DNA from: Polyangiales bacterium
Lineage (GTDB): Bacteria > Myxococcota_A > Polyangia > Polyangiales > Houyiibacteriaceae
Length of the DNA: 64,000 nt
Assembly (NCBI GenBank): GCA_045106895.1
Contig: JBGCFM010000157.1
Coordinates: 1-64,000 of the forward strand
Direction of reading: 5' to 3'
Positions 18,715 to 28,349 of this stretch are shown here, piece by piece (position 1 is the stretch's first letter; each line of letters starts with the position of its first letter). The notes under the pieces are model-generated. The model had not been told where the DNA came from, did no database searches, and saw only the letters and a list, made by a program, of their open reading frames with translations. The translations under genes were made by a program, and so were the position numbers.

Positions 18715-19923
18715 TCACGCCATCGTCTTTAGGCTTGCGTTTCGCCGCAAAAATAGCCGCCGTATCGCCTCGCTGGGTGCCAACGAGAGCGCGACGCGTC
18801 GGTGCTCTTGGGCCTCACGATGACGACCGGCGCGTTCACACAAATCACTGAGCGCTGCCGTCCAATAAAACGAGTCCGTGACCTTCTTCGGCTCGAACGA
18901 CTCAAGCAAGTCGAGCCCTGCTTTGGGGCCCTTCCATTCGGCCATCGCGATGGCGCGGTTGAGTCGATGAAGGGGCGAGGGAGAGAACTTCTCGAGGGTC
19001 TCGTAACAGCTCACCACCCGGTCCCAACGGGTCTCCGCGTAGCTTGGCGCCATGCAGTGCTCGGCGGCGACGCCGGCTTCCGCGTGATAGCGGGAGAAGT
19101 CGTCACCCGCGGCCGAGAGCGCAAGCCACTCAAGACCTATGGCGATGGCTTGGCGGTCCCATGCGTGGCGCTCTTGTTCCTCGAGTAAAAGGAGCTGTCC
19201 CATCGCTTGGCGTCCGGGGCTCCGCGCCAGATGAAAGTGCATCAACGCCACGAGGGCCGCCGAGCGAGGGCCTTTGCCGCGCGGATGGCGAGCGACCACA
19301 AGCGCTAGCCGGAGTGCATCGCGGCCGAGTTCGTCGCGGATGGCGGGACCTGCTTGAAGTGAGAGGTGCGCCTCCGTGAAGAGGAGGTAGAGGACACGAA
19401 GCACTGAGTGGAGTCGGCCTGCGCCACCTGCGAGGGGGTCCGTTCTTATTTTGCGAAGCCGTTCTCGCGCGCGTAGCAGGCGTTTGTAGACGTTGGCTTC
19501 GGTCAAGAACAGCCGTTGGGCAATTTCAGCGACGCTGAATCCACACAGCGTCCTCAACGCCAGTACAATCTGTGCCTCCGGCGGCAGACCTTCGTCGCAG
19601 CAAACGAAGAGCATTCGGAGCAGGTCGTCTTGGACTTCGTTCTCGAAGGACGCCTCGGGCGGCGCCGTGGATTCTTCCCGCGCTGCCGCTTCAGGGGTAC
19701 GCCGCAGACGACCGGCAATCTCGCGATAGGCCACCCGATAGAGCCAAGCGGACGCGTCGTCGGGTTCTCCTCGGCGTGGCCACGTCTCGACGGCGCGCAT
19801 CATCGCGGTCTGTACGGCATCTTCGACGAGCTCGAGGTGCGGGTGTCCGACTCGCCGCGTCAGAGATGCGACGAGTCGACCGTACTCGTGCCGAAAGAAG
19901 TGCTCGACGCGAGCGCAGCTCAA
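18715..19923 (-). CDS. ECF RNA polymerase sigma factor with long C-terminal extension (ECF42-like)
   Basis: Region 2 VEDAVQTA...AWLYRVA, DDLLRMLFVCC, region 4 GFSVAEIA, and a helical/TPR-like tail. Coupled (TTGA) to the upstream DGPF gene. Confidence 0.85.
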   Translation of the reverse strand: MSCARVEHFFRHEYGRLVASLTRRVGHPHLELVEDAVQTAMMRAVETWPRRGEPDDASAWLYRVAYREIAGRLRRTPEAAAREESTAPPEASFENEVQDDLLRMLFVCCDEGLPPEAQIVLALRTLCGFSVAEIAQRLFLTEANVYKRLLRARERLRKIRTDPLAGGAGRLHSVLRVLYLLFTEAHLSLQAGPAIRDELGRDALRLALVVARHPRGKGPRSAALVALMHFHLARSPGRQAMGQLLLLEEQERHAWDRQAIAIGLEWLALSAAGDDFSRYHAEAGVAAEHCMAPSYAETRWDRVVSCYETLEKFSPSPLHRLNRAIAMAEWKGPKAGLDLLESFEPKKVTDSFYWTAALSDLCERAGRHREAQEHRRVALSLAPSEAIRRLFLRRNASLKTMA

Positions 19924-20270
19924 GGCGTGTGGATTTCTCGAACCCAGACGCCGGAGCGCTCGCTCACCAGGCCAGGCACACCACGTGCGACCTCCACGGC
20001 CTCTTCAAGCGTCTCCGCCTGCACGATCATGTAGCCGCCGATGATCTCTTTTGCTTCCACAAAAGGGCCATCGCTCAGGCCTTCGGCGCGGACGAGTTTT
20101 CCGTCGCCGAGCTTGCCGCCCATATCCACGATGTTGTCTTTGAACTTCTCCTGCCACGCTTGAAACGCGGCGTACATCGCCTGCATCTCTGTGGGAGATG
20201 GTTTGGCCTTCGAGGGTCCCGCTTCTTCACTTTTAGGTTCGCTTCGTTGCATGCATAGGTACTTCGGCAT
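19920..20270 (-). CDS. YciI/DGPF family protein
   Basis: Motif DGPFVEAKEIIGGYMIV. ATG 20270 preceded by a GGAG SD. Confidence 0.88.
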   Translation of the reverse strand: MPKYLCMQRSEPKSEEAGPSKAKPSPTEMQAMYAAFQAWQEKFKDNIVDMGGKLGDGKLVRAEGLSDGPFVEAKEIIGGYMIVQAETLEEAVEVARGVPGLVSERSGVWVREIHTP

Positions 20271-20348
20271 TGTCTTCTCCGTTTGAATGACTCTCACGAC
20301 GCCTAGATGGGCGAGGGCGTCCGAGTTGGACACCGAGCGGAAAAAAAG

Positions 20349-21599
20349 TCAGTCGGCGGAGGCCAGTTCCGTATCCACATGCGTCGACTCTCCAATGATC
20401 TCGCCATCTTGGTCTGTCGTGGAGGACGCGACGTTTGGGTACGCGCCGCTGCCCTCGTCGACGAAGCCCTCGGCCCATGAGTCCGCGACCTGACTCCCCG
20501 GAAGGATCAAATTGTAGAGCGTGCGCAACGCACGTTCGCGCGCGCTGGTCGGGTTGCCTTGGCGCACGCTGGTTCGAGCCGTGGCGACGGTGTCGCCCAA
20601 CGAAGGGTCTGCAGCACAGGCCGCGATGGAGGCGGCGAGGGAGTCGATGTCACCCGGCGTATAGAGTGAGCAGCCATGAGCGTCGGGCATCACCTCACGC
20701 AGCGCGGGCCAGTCTGGAGCGACGATCGGACGGTGACTCGCCCAAAACTCGAGGAGCGGCTCCGCCAACAGACCATGTCGCGTATAAGCGGCGTGATCGG
20801 TCACCGCGAGGACGCCCACGTCGCAATCGGCGATGAGCCTGGCGACGCTCTCTGGACGGGGATCACGTCGCACCGTGATAAACGGCGCGACGCCGGCGTT
20901 CTCGATGGCGTCCTGCACTTCCCGGCGACGAGTCGGGTCGGTTTCCCCGGCCATGAGCAGGTGAACGGGGAGGGTCGTGCGCACGCGCCGAATCGCTTCG
21001 ATGAGCCCGCCGACGTCGCGCCCGGGCCCTAAATCGCCAAGAGCGAGGAGACGAGTGAGGGAAGGCTCGGCGACGCGCTGGGGCTGCCAGTCGTAGACAT
21101 CCATGTCCACGCCCGGCGGCAAGTGGTGTACCTGCGCATCCGGAGCGGCACGGCTCGCCGCCTGGGCCGCCGCGAGGGTAGGGACCACCACGTGCGTCGC
21201 GCTCTGTAGCGCGGCCCAATGGTGTTCTTCCCAGTTCGCGCCGAGACCCTCCGTCGAGACCTCGTACACGAGGACCCCTTTGAACCCAGACGCTGCGATT
21301 GCCGGTACTGAACGGGCGTCTCGTGAATGGATGACGTCGTAGTCTTCGGATTCAAGCTGGCGCACCACGGCGCGGAGAAAAGGCTCGGGGCCGTCTTCGG
21401 CGCGGACCCGGAAAACGCGTGCTTCGCCGAGCCGCCCCTGGTGGGCTTGCTCCGGCGATTTCAGCGTCACGATGTCGACTTCGCCGCGGAGCGCGCGGGC
21501 CATGTTGACCACGACGGGACCGTCTGGGGCGGGACCAGGGACTCGGCCCTGCGTCACAAGCAGGAATCGAACGCGGCGAGGCACCGGACCATCGTACAC
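20349..21599 (-). CDS. Glycosyltransferase family 4 (GT-B fold)
   Basis: YDVIHSRD, LPPGVD and LLEFWASHRPIVAPDWPALREV, which resembles the GT4 C-terminal motif. Start is uncertain. Confidence 0.75.
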   Translation of the reverse strand: MYDGPVPRRVRFLLVTQGRVPGPAPDGPVVVNMARALRGEVDIVTLKSPEQAHQGRLGEARVFRVRAEDGPEPFLRAVVRQLESEDYDVIHSRDARSVPAIAASGFKGVLVYEVSTEGLGANWEEHHWAALQSATHVVVPTLAAAQAASRAAPDAQVHHLPPGVDMDVYDWQPQRVAEPSLTRLLALGDLGPGRDVGGLIEAIRRVRTTLPVHLLMAGETDPTRRREVQDAIENAGVAPFITVRRDPRPESVARLIADCDVGVLAVTDHAAYTRHGLLAEPLLEFWASHRPIVAPDWPALREVMPDAHGCSLYTPGDIDSLAASIAACAADPSLGDTVATARTSVRQGNPTSARERALRTLYNLILPGSQVADSWAEGFVDEGSGAYPNVASSTTDQDGEIIGESTHVDTELASAD

Positions 21600-21736
21600 G
21601 TTCAGGTGCCGCGAATCTTCGCTTTTGGCCGCGAATTGGAAACACGTTCATTCGTTACTTGCGCCCAGCCGGCCCTCACGGCTACAACGTCGGCTTACGC
21701 CCGCTCTCTGCGGGCTCTTACTGGAGGACCGTCTGC

Positions 21737-21991
21737 GTGAATGAGCTCGCCCGCTATCTTGTTGAACATCTTGTCCTCGATTTCGACGGAGCGCTCACCA
21801 TCGACGAGCTGCGTAAGTTCCTTCGGGATGAAGACAGCCGTGAAGCCCGCCACCTCTTGACCAAGCTCATTGAGGACAAGGGCGTGGACAACCTGATGGT
21901 GACCGTGGCGGATTGTCTCAAGGACCACATCCGCACCGGAATCAACGAGGCTGTCGTTCGCCAGCAGCTCAACATGTACAGCGAGTCCTAG
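21737..21991 (+). CDS. Small helical hypothetical protein (84 aa)
   Basis: GGAGG SD before GTG 21737; codon usage looks like real coding sequence. Confidence 0.75.
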   Translation: MNELARYLVEHLVLDFDGALTIDELRKFLRDEDSREARHLLTKLIEDKGVDNLMVTVADCLKDHIRTGINEAVVRQQLNMYSES

Positions 21992-22012
21992 GCTCGCGTT
22001 CCTGTTCTCGGA

Positions 22013-22768
22013 GTGATTCCACCCACATTTTCGACTCGGACGCTCTTGTGTCTGGCTTTGTTGTGCGCGTGTTCACCCCTCAACCTCGACGAACCCGCGA
22101 CGTTTGTGGCTTTCGGGCCTGCAACGACCGAGGTTTCTCGCCGTCCGTCGCTTGAAGTCACCTTCGATCGACCTCTGCTGCCCGAGAGTGTGAGCAGGGC
22201 GAGCGTCTCGCTGTGGTCGGGAAGCACGCGTTTCGCCCTCTCCGTCGAGCCCGACCCGACCTTGCCCGGTCTTCGAGCAAGGCGTCTGGGTGGGGCTCCT
22301 CTCGAGGCTGACATCGAGTTCGAGCTTCGCATCGATGGCGTTCGCTCACTGGATGGGCTGCCGAGCGATGCCTTCGAGGTCCTATTCCAGACAGGCGACG
22401 ACCTGAGCGAGAGCACTCCCGAGGCGGTGACGTGGCCCCAAGCAAAGGCGATTTTCGACACTCACTGCGTCGACTGTCATTCGGACCGAGACGTCCTCGA
22501 CCTCTCGTCGCCGGAGGGAATTCGGACCACGGCGATCGGCGTTCCAGCAGGCCGACACCACTTTCGCTCCCCCGAACGAGGGTTGGCAGGGCTCGAGCTC
22601 ATCTCCCTTCTAGGCGGTGTTGGCAGGCCCGGGTTTAGCTACCTGATGTACACACTTATCGACGATCCCCACCTGCTCGGCGGGCCGATGCCGCCGTCTG
22701 GCGCCCTGAGCCCAGCAGAAATCCAAGTGCTGAGGGATTGGATCCGTTCCGGCGCCCCGACTGAGTAG
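22013..22768 (+). CDS. Lipoprotein with an Ig-like domain and a monoheme cytochrome c domain
   Basis: Lipobox LCAC, VTFDRPL Ig-like motif, CVDCH, and the distal-Met motif MPP...IQVLRDWIRSGA. Confidence 0.75.
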   Translation: MIPPTFSTRTLLCLALLCACSPLNLDEPATFVAFGPATTEVSRRPSLEVTFDRPLLPESVSRASVSLWSGSTRFALSVEPDPTLPGLRARRLGGAPLEADIEFELRIDGVRSLDGLPSDAFEVLFQTGDDLSESTPEAVTWPQAKAIFDTHCVDCHSDRDVLDLSSPEGIRTTAIGVPAGRHHFRSPERGLAGLELISLLGGVGRPGFSYLMYTLIDDPHLLGGPMPPSGALSPAEIQVLRDWIRSGAPTE

Positions 22769-22815
22769 TCATTTGGCCTTCCGCGCCGCCAGATTTGGGC
22801 TAAGCTCGCCGCCGA

Positions 22816-23694
22816 ATGGCACGCTTGTCTCCGGTTCTTGCTTTGCTTTGTTTTCTCCACCTGCCCGCCTGTGGGGATGATGAGGGGCCTGAACCTGAAC
22901 CGGTGGAGAACGTGGAAGTCCCGTCGCTCATCACAGAGCTTCCAGGCGTCGACGTCGAGGTTCTCACAGGGCCTGGCGATCGCCGGATGTGGGAGCAGCT
23001 CGTCAATGACCTGCTCTCTCCTTGCGGTGACCCCATCAGCATCGCGCAGTGCGTCACGACGGAGGGGTCCTGCTCCGCATGTCGGCCGGCAGCAAACTAC
23101 GTTGGGCGCCTCGTCGCAGAGGGCCTCGACCGCGGTGATGTCCGGGAGCTGTATCGAGCTCGCTATAGCGGTGAGCCGTTGGATGTCCCCATCGCGGGGG
23201 CGCCGGTCAAAGGTGCCCGCATGGGCGCCGTCGTCACGATCGTCGAGTTTTCCGACTTTGAGTGCCCCTACTGTGGCATCGCGACGCCCATCATCCGCTC
23301 CCTCGTCTCGGAGTTCGAGGGCCAGGTTCGTGTCGTATTCAAGCACTACCCTTTGAGCGGACATGAGAACGCTCTGCCAGCCGCGAAGGCAGCCATCGCG
23401 GCGATGCGACAGGGCAAGTTTTGGGAGATGCATGACCTGCTCTTCGCCAACCAAGATGCCCTCCAGCCGTCCGACTTCGACCGCTATGCGGAGGAGCTCG
23501 GTCTGGACGTCGACCAGTTCCACGACGACATGGACGACCCAGAGACCGGCGCCTTGGTAGAGCTCAACCGAAGCGAAGGCCGCGGCCTCGGCGTGGAAGG
23601 AACGCCCTCGATCTACATCAACGGCCGGAAATTCGAGGAACCCTTCGAGAACCTTTCGTCGTATATTCGAGAAGAGATTGACGCTCGCGAGTAG
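22816..23694 (+). CDS. DsbA-like thioredoxin-domain lipoprotein
   Basis: Lipobox LPAC-GDD, EFSDFECPYC, FKHYPL, GKFWEMHD and GVEGTPSIYING. Confidence 0.9.
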   Translation: MARLSPVLALLCFLHLPACGDDEGPEPEPVENVEVPSLITELPGVDVEVLTGPGDRRMWEQLVNDLLSPCGDPISIAQCVTTEGSCSACRPAANYVGRLVAEGLDRGDVRELYRARYSGEPLDVPIAGAPVKGARMGAVVTIVEFSDFECPYCGIATPIIRSLVSEFEGQVRVVFKHYPLSGHENALPAAKAAIAAMRQGKFWEMHDLLFANQDALQPSDFDRYAEELGLDVDQFHDDMDDPETGALVELNRSEGRGLGVEGTPSIYINGRKFEEPFENLSSYIREEIDARE

Positions 23695-23759
23695 AGTTCG
23701 CGGGCAAGAATAAGCCCTCCACTTTGAATCCGTGCCCCATGGGCGCGTCGAAAGCGCGT

Positions 23760-24248
23760 ATGACCCGACGATTCCTCCTTATCGCTCTTCTTTGTCTTGG
23801 CGTGACGCTGCCCGCGGTGGCGCTTCGAGATGGCGCCCGCGCACCAGAGATTGGCCTTCGGGACACGGACGGCCAGATGGTTCGAATGGCGGATCTTCGA
23901 GGTAAGGTCGTGCTCGTCGACTTCTGGGCATCTTGGTGTGCACCGTGTCGTGAGGAGATCCCCTTCCTGAATCGACTGCAGGCGGAGTTTGGTGACGACC
24001 TGGTGGTCGTTGGCGTCAACATCGACCGCGACGAGTCCAATATGACGAGCTTCATGCGGCGAACCCCGATGCGCTTTCGAGTCGTTCACGACAGCGGCGG
24101 AGAGCGCGTGGCAGAGCGCTACTCACCCCCTCGGATGCCATCGTCGTACATTATCGACCGACGCGGCATCGTTCGCCACATCCACGCCGGCTACCGTGCG
24201 TCGGATGCGGACGACATCGAAGAACATGTGCGCAACCTGATTCGCTAG
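23760..24248 (+). CDS. TlpA/ResA-like disulfide reductase
   Basis: Signal peptide, GKVVLVDFWASWCAPC and MPSSYIIDRRG. Confidence 0.9.
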   Translation: MTRRFLLIALLCLGVTLPAVALRDGARAPEIGLRDTDGQMVRMADLRGKVVLVDFWASWCAPCREEIPFLNRLQAEFGDDLVVVGVNIDRDESNMTSFMRRTPMRFRVVHDSGGERVAERYSPPRMPSSYIIDRRGIVRHIHAGYRASDADDIEEHVRNLIR

Positions 24249-24329
24249 GCTCCGCGGCGTCCCTTGGGCCGCCGCATTGGCTTGTATAGACAAGTCAGCC
24301 GGAGCCGAGCCTCAAACTGCGAGGTCGTA

Positions 24330-26201
24330 CTAGGCAGGCGGCAGTAGCGACCCGCGAGCCTTGTTCAGGAACTCGCCAAGTTGCAGGGCGATGTAGGAGC
24401 CCAAGTCGGCGTCGGAGTCACTGAAGTCCGAACCTTCGCGGTTGAGCATTTGAATCGTGGCGAGGTGTCGGCCGTTGTGGACGGAGACGAGGTAGAGTCC
24501 GTTCTCGAACTCGAGGCCTTCTCGTCCGTCGTGTTCGAGGTCCCTCCGTTCATCCCCGGCTCCGACGAGGAGGGGACGCCGAGATGCTGTCACGACGCCA
24601 AAGAGGCCTGCGTTTTGAGGGATGGCATGTCCACGGCGTTGTTCGCCGCCCGGCCCACTCGTCGAGACCACACGGTGGACGTTTTCGTCGATGTCATAGA
24701 GACATGCGGTCACGGCAGCGCAGGGAATCAGATCCTCGAGCAGGCGGAGGCAGAACTCGACCCCTTCGAGGGGGCTCGCGACGAAGAGCAGGTCCTGGCA
24801 GGCTTCAAAGGCATCGGTGAGGCGCCGGTCTTGGTCGTTCGTTGTGGACCGTTTTCGTGGCGGTGGAGCCGCCGACTGGCGCGCGCTCTGCAGGGGGTGT
24901 TCCACCACGCGCTCCTGCCAGTCTTTCTCAGCCACCGTCACCATCGGCGGCGTCTTGGGTTGATCGGTCCAGCTATGATCGAAGATGGCGACGTTAACAA
25001 ATCGTCCCTTGGGGCCGTCGGCGAGGAGTCCCATCAAGGACAGGGCGCGGGCCCGGGCGACGGCTTCGGCGTCGGCCTCGCTGGTGCTCGCATCAACGAC
25101 GTAGGAGCGCTCGCGATAGGTGAGCGGGCTGGCGTCGGACGGGTCTGCGTCGCGGCGGTGAAGGATCTTCCAAGCAACCCCGGCGACGCGACCTTCGTCA
25201 TCGTCGTTCGGAACCTTCGCTGCTTGCTCTTCAGCCTCCCGTGCGAGACGCGCGGCTTCGGCCTTGGCGTCGGCTTCTGCCTTGGCTTCGGCTTCGGCCT
25301 TGGCGTCGGCCTCTGCCTTGGCTTTTGCTGCCTCTGCGGCTTCCGCCGCGGCAACCTCCGCTGCGGCGGCTGCTGCCGCTTCGGCCTCGGCCTTCGCGGC
25401 AGCGTCGAGTTCCCTCTGTGCTTCGGCGGCGACCTCAGCTTCCAGTTTGGCTTCGACCTTCGCCTGCGCTTCGGCGGCCACGATCGCGTTGGGTTTTCGT
25501 GGAGCCCCGTCGGGGCCGATAGTCAGCGCAGAAGTCTCCACCGTTTTGTCCACCGAAGCGGCGACCGGCGTCGGTTCAAGCGCAGGAGCGGCGGGGGCCG
25601 GAGGCACGTACGCCATCGTCTGTTTGAGCGGGCTTTTCCCGGGCGGCTTCGCGATGGGCGGGGCGTCCGGAAGGTACGCCATCGTACGAGCGCGCTGGCG
25701 CTTCTTCGGGGCGGCGGGCGCCGACGGCGGGGCGCTCGGTGAGGGGGCCGGCGTGGAAGGGGCTGCAGCAGGGCGTGGGGGCGAAGCCGCCACCAAGGGA
25801 GATGGAACCGCCGCCGCGCTCTGCGGAGCAGCGCTCACGGGGGCTACGCTCTTTGGAGCCGGCGCTGCGCTCTTTGGGGGCGCAGCGCTTTTGGGGGGTG
25901 CCGCACGAGGGATCGGATCCGACGGGATCTTCATCCCAGGCGTCGAGGCCGGCGGCCGGTAGGAGGCGGACGAATCGACCTGGAGCACGAAGCGGCGACG
26001 TTCGACGGGGTCGAGGATCGTTACCCGCCCGTCGCCAGCGACGGCGCAGCTAGAGCCGGTGGGTACTCCACCGCTCTCGCCCATCGAAGTTCGGCCGAGC
26101 CGAAGCGCGGTCATCCAGTTGTCAGCCTCGATCGTGACTTCTTCCACGCTCGAGTCGGAGCCAAGCTCCATGACGCTCATCCGCCAACGTTTAGTGCTCA
26201 C
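24330..26201 (-). CDS. GAF domain-containing protein with a long Pro/Ala-rich linker
   Basis: C-terminal GAF-like region (LYDIDE...GLFG...IQMLNR...FSDSDADL) and low-complexity PAPS and AEAKA segments. Confidence 0.7.
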   Translation of the reverse strand: MSTKRWRMSVMELGSDSSVEEVTIEADNWMTALRLGRTSMGESGGVPTGSSCAVAGDGRVTILDPVERRRFVLQVDSSASYRPPASTPGMKIPSDPIPRAAPPKSAAPPKSAAPAPKSVAPVSAAPQSAAAVPSPLVAASPPRPAAAPSTPAPSPSAPPSAPAAPKKRQRARTMAYLPDAPPIAKPPGKSPLKQTMAYVPPAPAAPALEPTPVAASVDKTVETSALTIGPDGAPRKPNAIVAAEAQAKVEAKLEAEVAAEAQRELDAAAKAEAEAAAAAAAEVAAAEAAEAAKAKAEADAKAEAEAKAEADAKAEAARLAREAEEQAAKVPNDDDEGRVAGVAWKILHRRDADPSDASPLTYRERSYVVDASTSEADAEAVARARALSLMGLLADGPKGRFVNVAIFDHSWTDQPKTPPMVTVAEKDWQERVVEHPLQSARQSAAPPPRKRSTTNDQDRRLTDAFEACQDLLFVASPLEGVEFCLRLLEDLIPCAAVTACLYDIDENVHRVVSTSGPGGEQRRGHAIPQNAGLFGVVTASRRPLLVGAGDERRDLEHDGREGLEFENGLYLVSVHNGRHLATIQMLNREGSDFSDSDADLGSYIALQLGEFLNKARGSLLPPA

Positions 26202-26267
26202 GTCATCTCGCTTTCACGAGCCGCGAAGCTACCAGCTCTTGGCTCTCTACGCATTGTCCTTGTGGAC

Positions 26268-27146
26268 TCATGACCCGAGGAGAATCTTCAGATCCAACTT
26301 ATTTCCATCCAGATCACGAACTTCATCCAGGCAAACGGACCCCGTTTTGCACCGAACGGCCCATCCCTCGGGCGAGTCCCAGGCCTCCGAGACGTTGAGC
26401 CCAAGCGGCGGCGGGCTCGCCGCGAGGGACGCCTGGACAAGCTCCGCGGGCGTATCGCCGAGTAAAATCTGTGCTCCGGGCTCGGGTCCCGCCGCACGGA
26501 CCAGTCTAAGGATGGACTCCGCGCTTTGTCTCCAGTCGACGCGGAGGTCTTTGGACGATGGCGCCGGCGCGACGCTCACGAGGGCTTCGTCTTGCTTCTC
26601 GTTCGCCAAAGTCTCGCCCTTCGAAAGCGATCGCGCCGCCCACAAGAGCAGCTCCACCGCCGGGCGGTCGAGGGCCTTCGCAAGATCCCATGCGTTGGCG
26701 TCGTGCGGAATCGGGACGGCGATCTGCCGGACGACGCCTCCGGTGTCGTAGGTCTCCTCCAGCCGATGAAGGGTTACGCCCGTTTCTCGCTCCCCGTTTC
26801 GAAGGCTCCAGAAATAGGGGTCCGGCCCGCGATAGGCTGGAAGGAGGGAGGGGTGAGTGCCAAAGGCTCCCAGTCGCGGAAGAGACAGGATTTCCTTGGG
26901 AATTCGCTTGGGCCAGAAAAACGAGAGCAGAACATCCGGTTTTAGGTCCGCGACCTGCTCCCGAAATCCAGCTTCGGCCAGGTTTGGCAGGTCAAGATGG
27001 GCCGAATCAGGCAACAAACGGCGCAATCTACGCCTGCCTGGTAGGTCCAAGGGGCCATACGCGAGACCGACCGGGGCGAACCCTCCGCGTCGCAGGACCT
27101 CAGCGCCCAATGGAACCCCACAATAGAATATGCGTAAGCGGCTCAT
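26268..27146 (-). CDS. Methionyl-tRNA formyltransferase-like protein
   Basis: HPSLLPAYRGPDP and TGVTLHRLEETYDTG. The N-terminus diverges from canonical Fmt. Confidence 0.75.
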   Translation of the reverse strand: MSRLRIFYCGVPLGAEVLRRGGFAPVGLAYGPLDLPGRRRLRRLLPDSAHLDLPNLAEAGFREQVADLKPDVLLSFFWPKRIPKEILSLPRLGAFGTHPSLLPAYRGPDPYFWSLRNGERETGVTLHRLEETYDTGGVVRQIAVPIPHDANAWDLAKALDRPAVELLLWAARSLSKGETLANEKQDEALVSVAPAPSSKDLRVDWRQSAESILRLVRAAGPEPGAQILLGDTPAELVQASLAASPPPLGLNVSEAWDSPEGWAVRCKTGSVCLDEVRDLDGNKLDLKILLGS

Positions 27147-27181
27147 GTTTCGCCCTCGGATCATGGTATACCGCGGCCCTT

Positions 27182-27586
27182 GTGACCGACCAGCCCCGGA
27201 AGACCATTCGTGTCGTGGCCGCTGTAGTAGAGCGGAACGGGCGATACCTGATCACTCAACGACGTGCCGAAGCCGTACTGCCGAACCTATGGGAGTTTCC
27301 CGGTGGCCGTGTTGAAGGAAACGAGACCGACGGCGAGGCGTTGGTTCGAGAACTTCAGCATCGTTTGGGTGCCAACGCATCGCCGCGCGAGCTCATCAGC
27401 TACGTGAAGTACCCCTACGAGAAGTACACGGTAGAACTCTACCTCTACGCGTGTGACCTCGACGACGTGGAGCTGGCCTGCAGTGCGGTGCAGGACTTTC
27501 GTTGGGTGACGAGCGGCGAGTTTGACCGCTTCGGCTTCACTCCGGCGGACGAAGCGTCCATGAACGCTCTCCTCGGCGAGGGCTGA
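27182..27586 (+). CDS. MutT/NudG-like Nudix hydrolase
   Basis: VVAAVV...LITQR and WEFPGGRVEGNETDGEALVRELQHRLG (Nudix box with a degenerate EE). Confidence 0.85.
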   Translation: MTDQPRKTIRVVAAVVERNGRYLITQRRAEAVLPNLWEFPGGRVEGNETDGEALVRELQHRLGANASPRELISYVKYPYEKYTVELYLYACDLDDVELACSAVQDFRWVTSGEFDRFGFTPADEASMNALLGEG

Positions 27587-27588
27587 AC

Positions 27589-28335
27589 GTGGAACCCACC
27601 CCAGCGACCTGTCCAACCTGTAGCACTGTAGTGCCCGAAGGTGCCGCCAAGTGCGTCGGCTGCGGTCAGGTGTTTGGTGAAGCGAATCGCTGTCCTCATT
27701 GCAACGCGATCGCGGGGGTCCGGCCTGCGGGCGGCGGACTCGCTTGCATGGCCTGCGGCAAACCCCGGAGCGGGGGCCCTGGCGTCACGGTGTTCCGGCC
27801 GAAAGGCGCGGGCGCTCGGGCAAAGAGCACGGGCAAGCGAACCATGGGGATCTTCGCTTTGGCTGCGGGGGTCCTCGGGGCCATCGCCGTGGCCGCCGCG
27901 ATCCCTACGGGCATCGGTCTCGTCATCGCAGGCGTCGTGGGCGCTGTCGGCGTCGGCGCGGGAGCCCTCGCGATGCGCTCCGGTGCGAACAGTGGCCCGG
28001 CGTCGGGCTCCGAGGAGAATCAAATCCTCAGCCTGGCAGAGGAGAAGGGCGGCGTGCTGACGGTGACCGACGTCGCCCGCGCGCTTCACGTCACACAGGC
28101 GGAGGCTGACGCACTTCTCAGTGGCATGGCGGATGGATCCCGCGTTTGGGCCGAGGTGACCACCGACGGCATGATGCGCTATGAATTTCGCGAGCTCATG
28201 GCGCGACGTGGACCGAATGTGCGTGTCGCGGACGAACTCGCCGAGCGCATCGAGCTGAGCGCGGAGGAGCACGAGCTCGCCGAAGCTGAGCGTGAGGTCG
28301 AAGCGATGCTCTCCGGCGGGCCCGACCTGGACTGA
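27589..28335 (+). CDS. Double zinc-ribbon membrane protein with a possible winged-helix C-terminus
   Basis: CPTC, CVGC, CPHC and CMAC; two Gly/Ala-rich TM segments; LTVTDVARALHVTQAEADALL. Confidence 0.65.
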   Translation: MEPTPATCPTCSTVVPEGAAKCVGCGQVFGEANRCPHCNAIAGVRPAGGGLACMACGKPRSGGPGVTVFRPKGAGARAKSTGKRTMGIFALAAGVLGAIAVAAAIPTGIGLVIAGVVGAVGVGAGALAMRSGANSGPASGSEENQILSLAEEKGGVLTVTDVARALHVTQAEADALLSGMADGSRVWAEVTTDGMMRYEFRELMARRGPNVRVADELAERIELSAEEHELAEAEREVEAMLSGGPDLD

Positions 28336-28349
28336 GCGCCGGAGCCACC

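Noticed and set aside
25250..25480. Tandem GCCTTGGCGTCGGCTTC-like repeats
   Set aside because: In-frame AEAKAEADAK low-complexity coding sequence inside the GAF protein.
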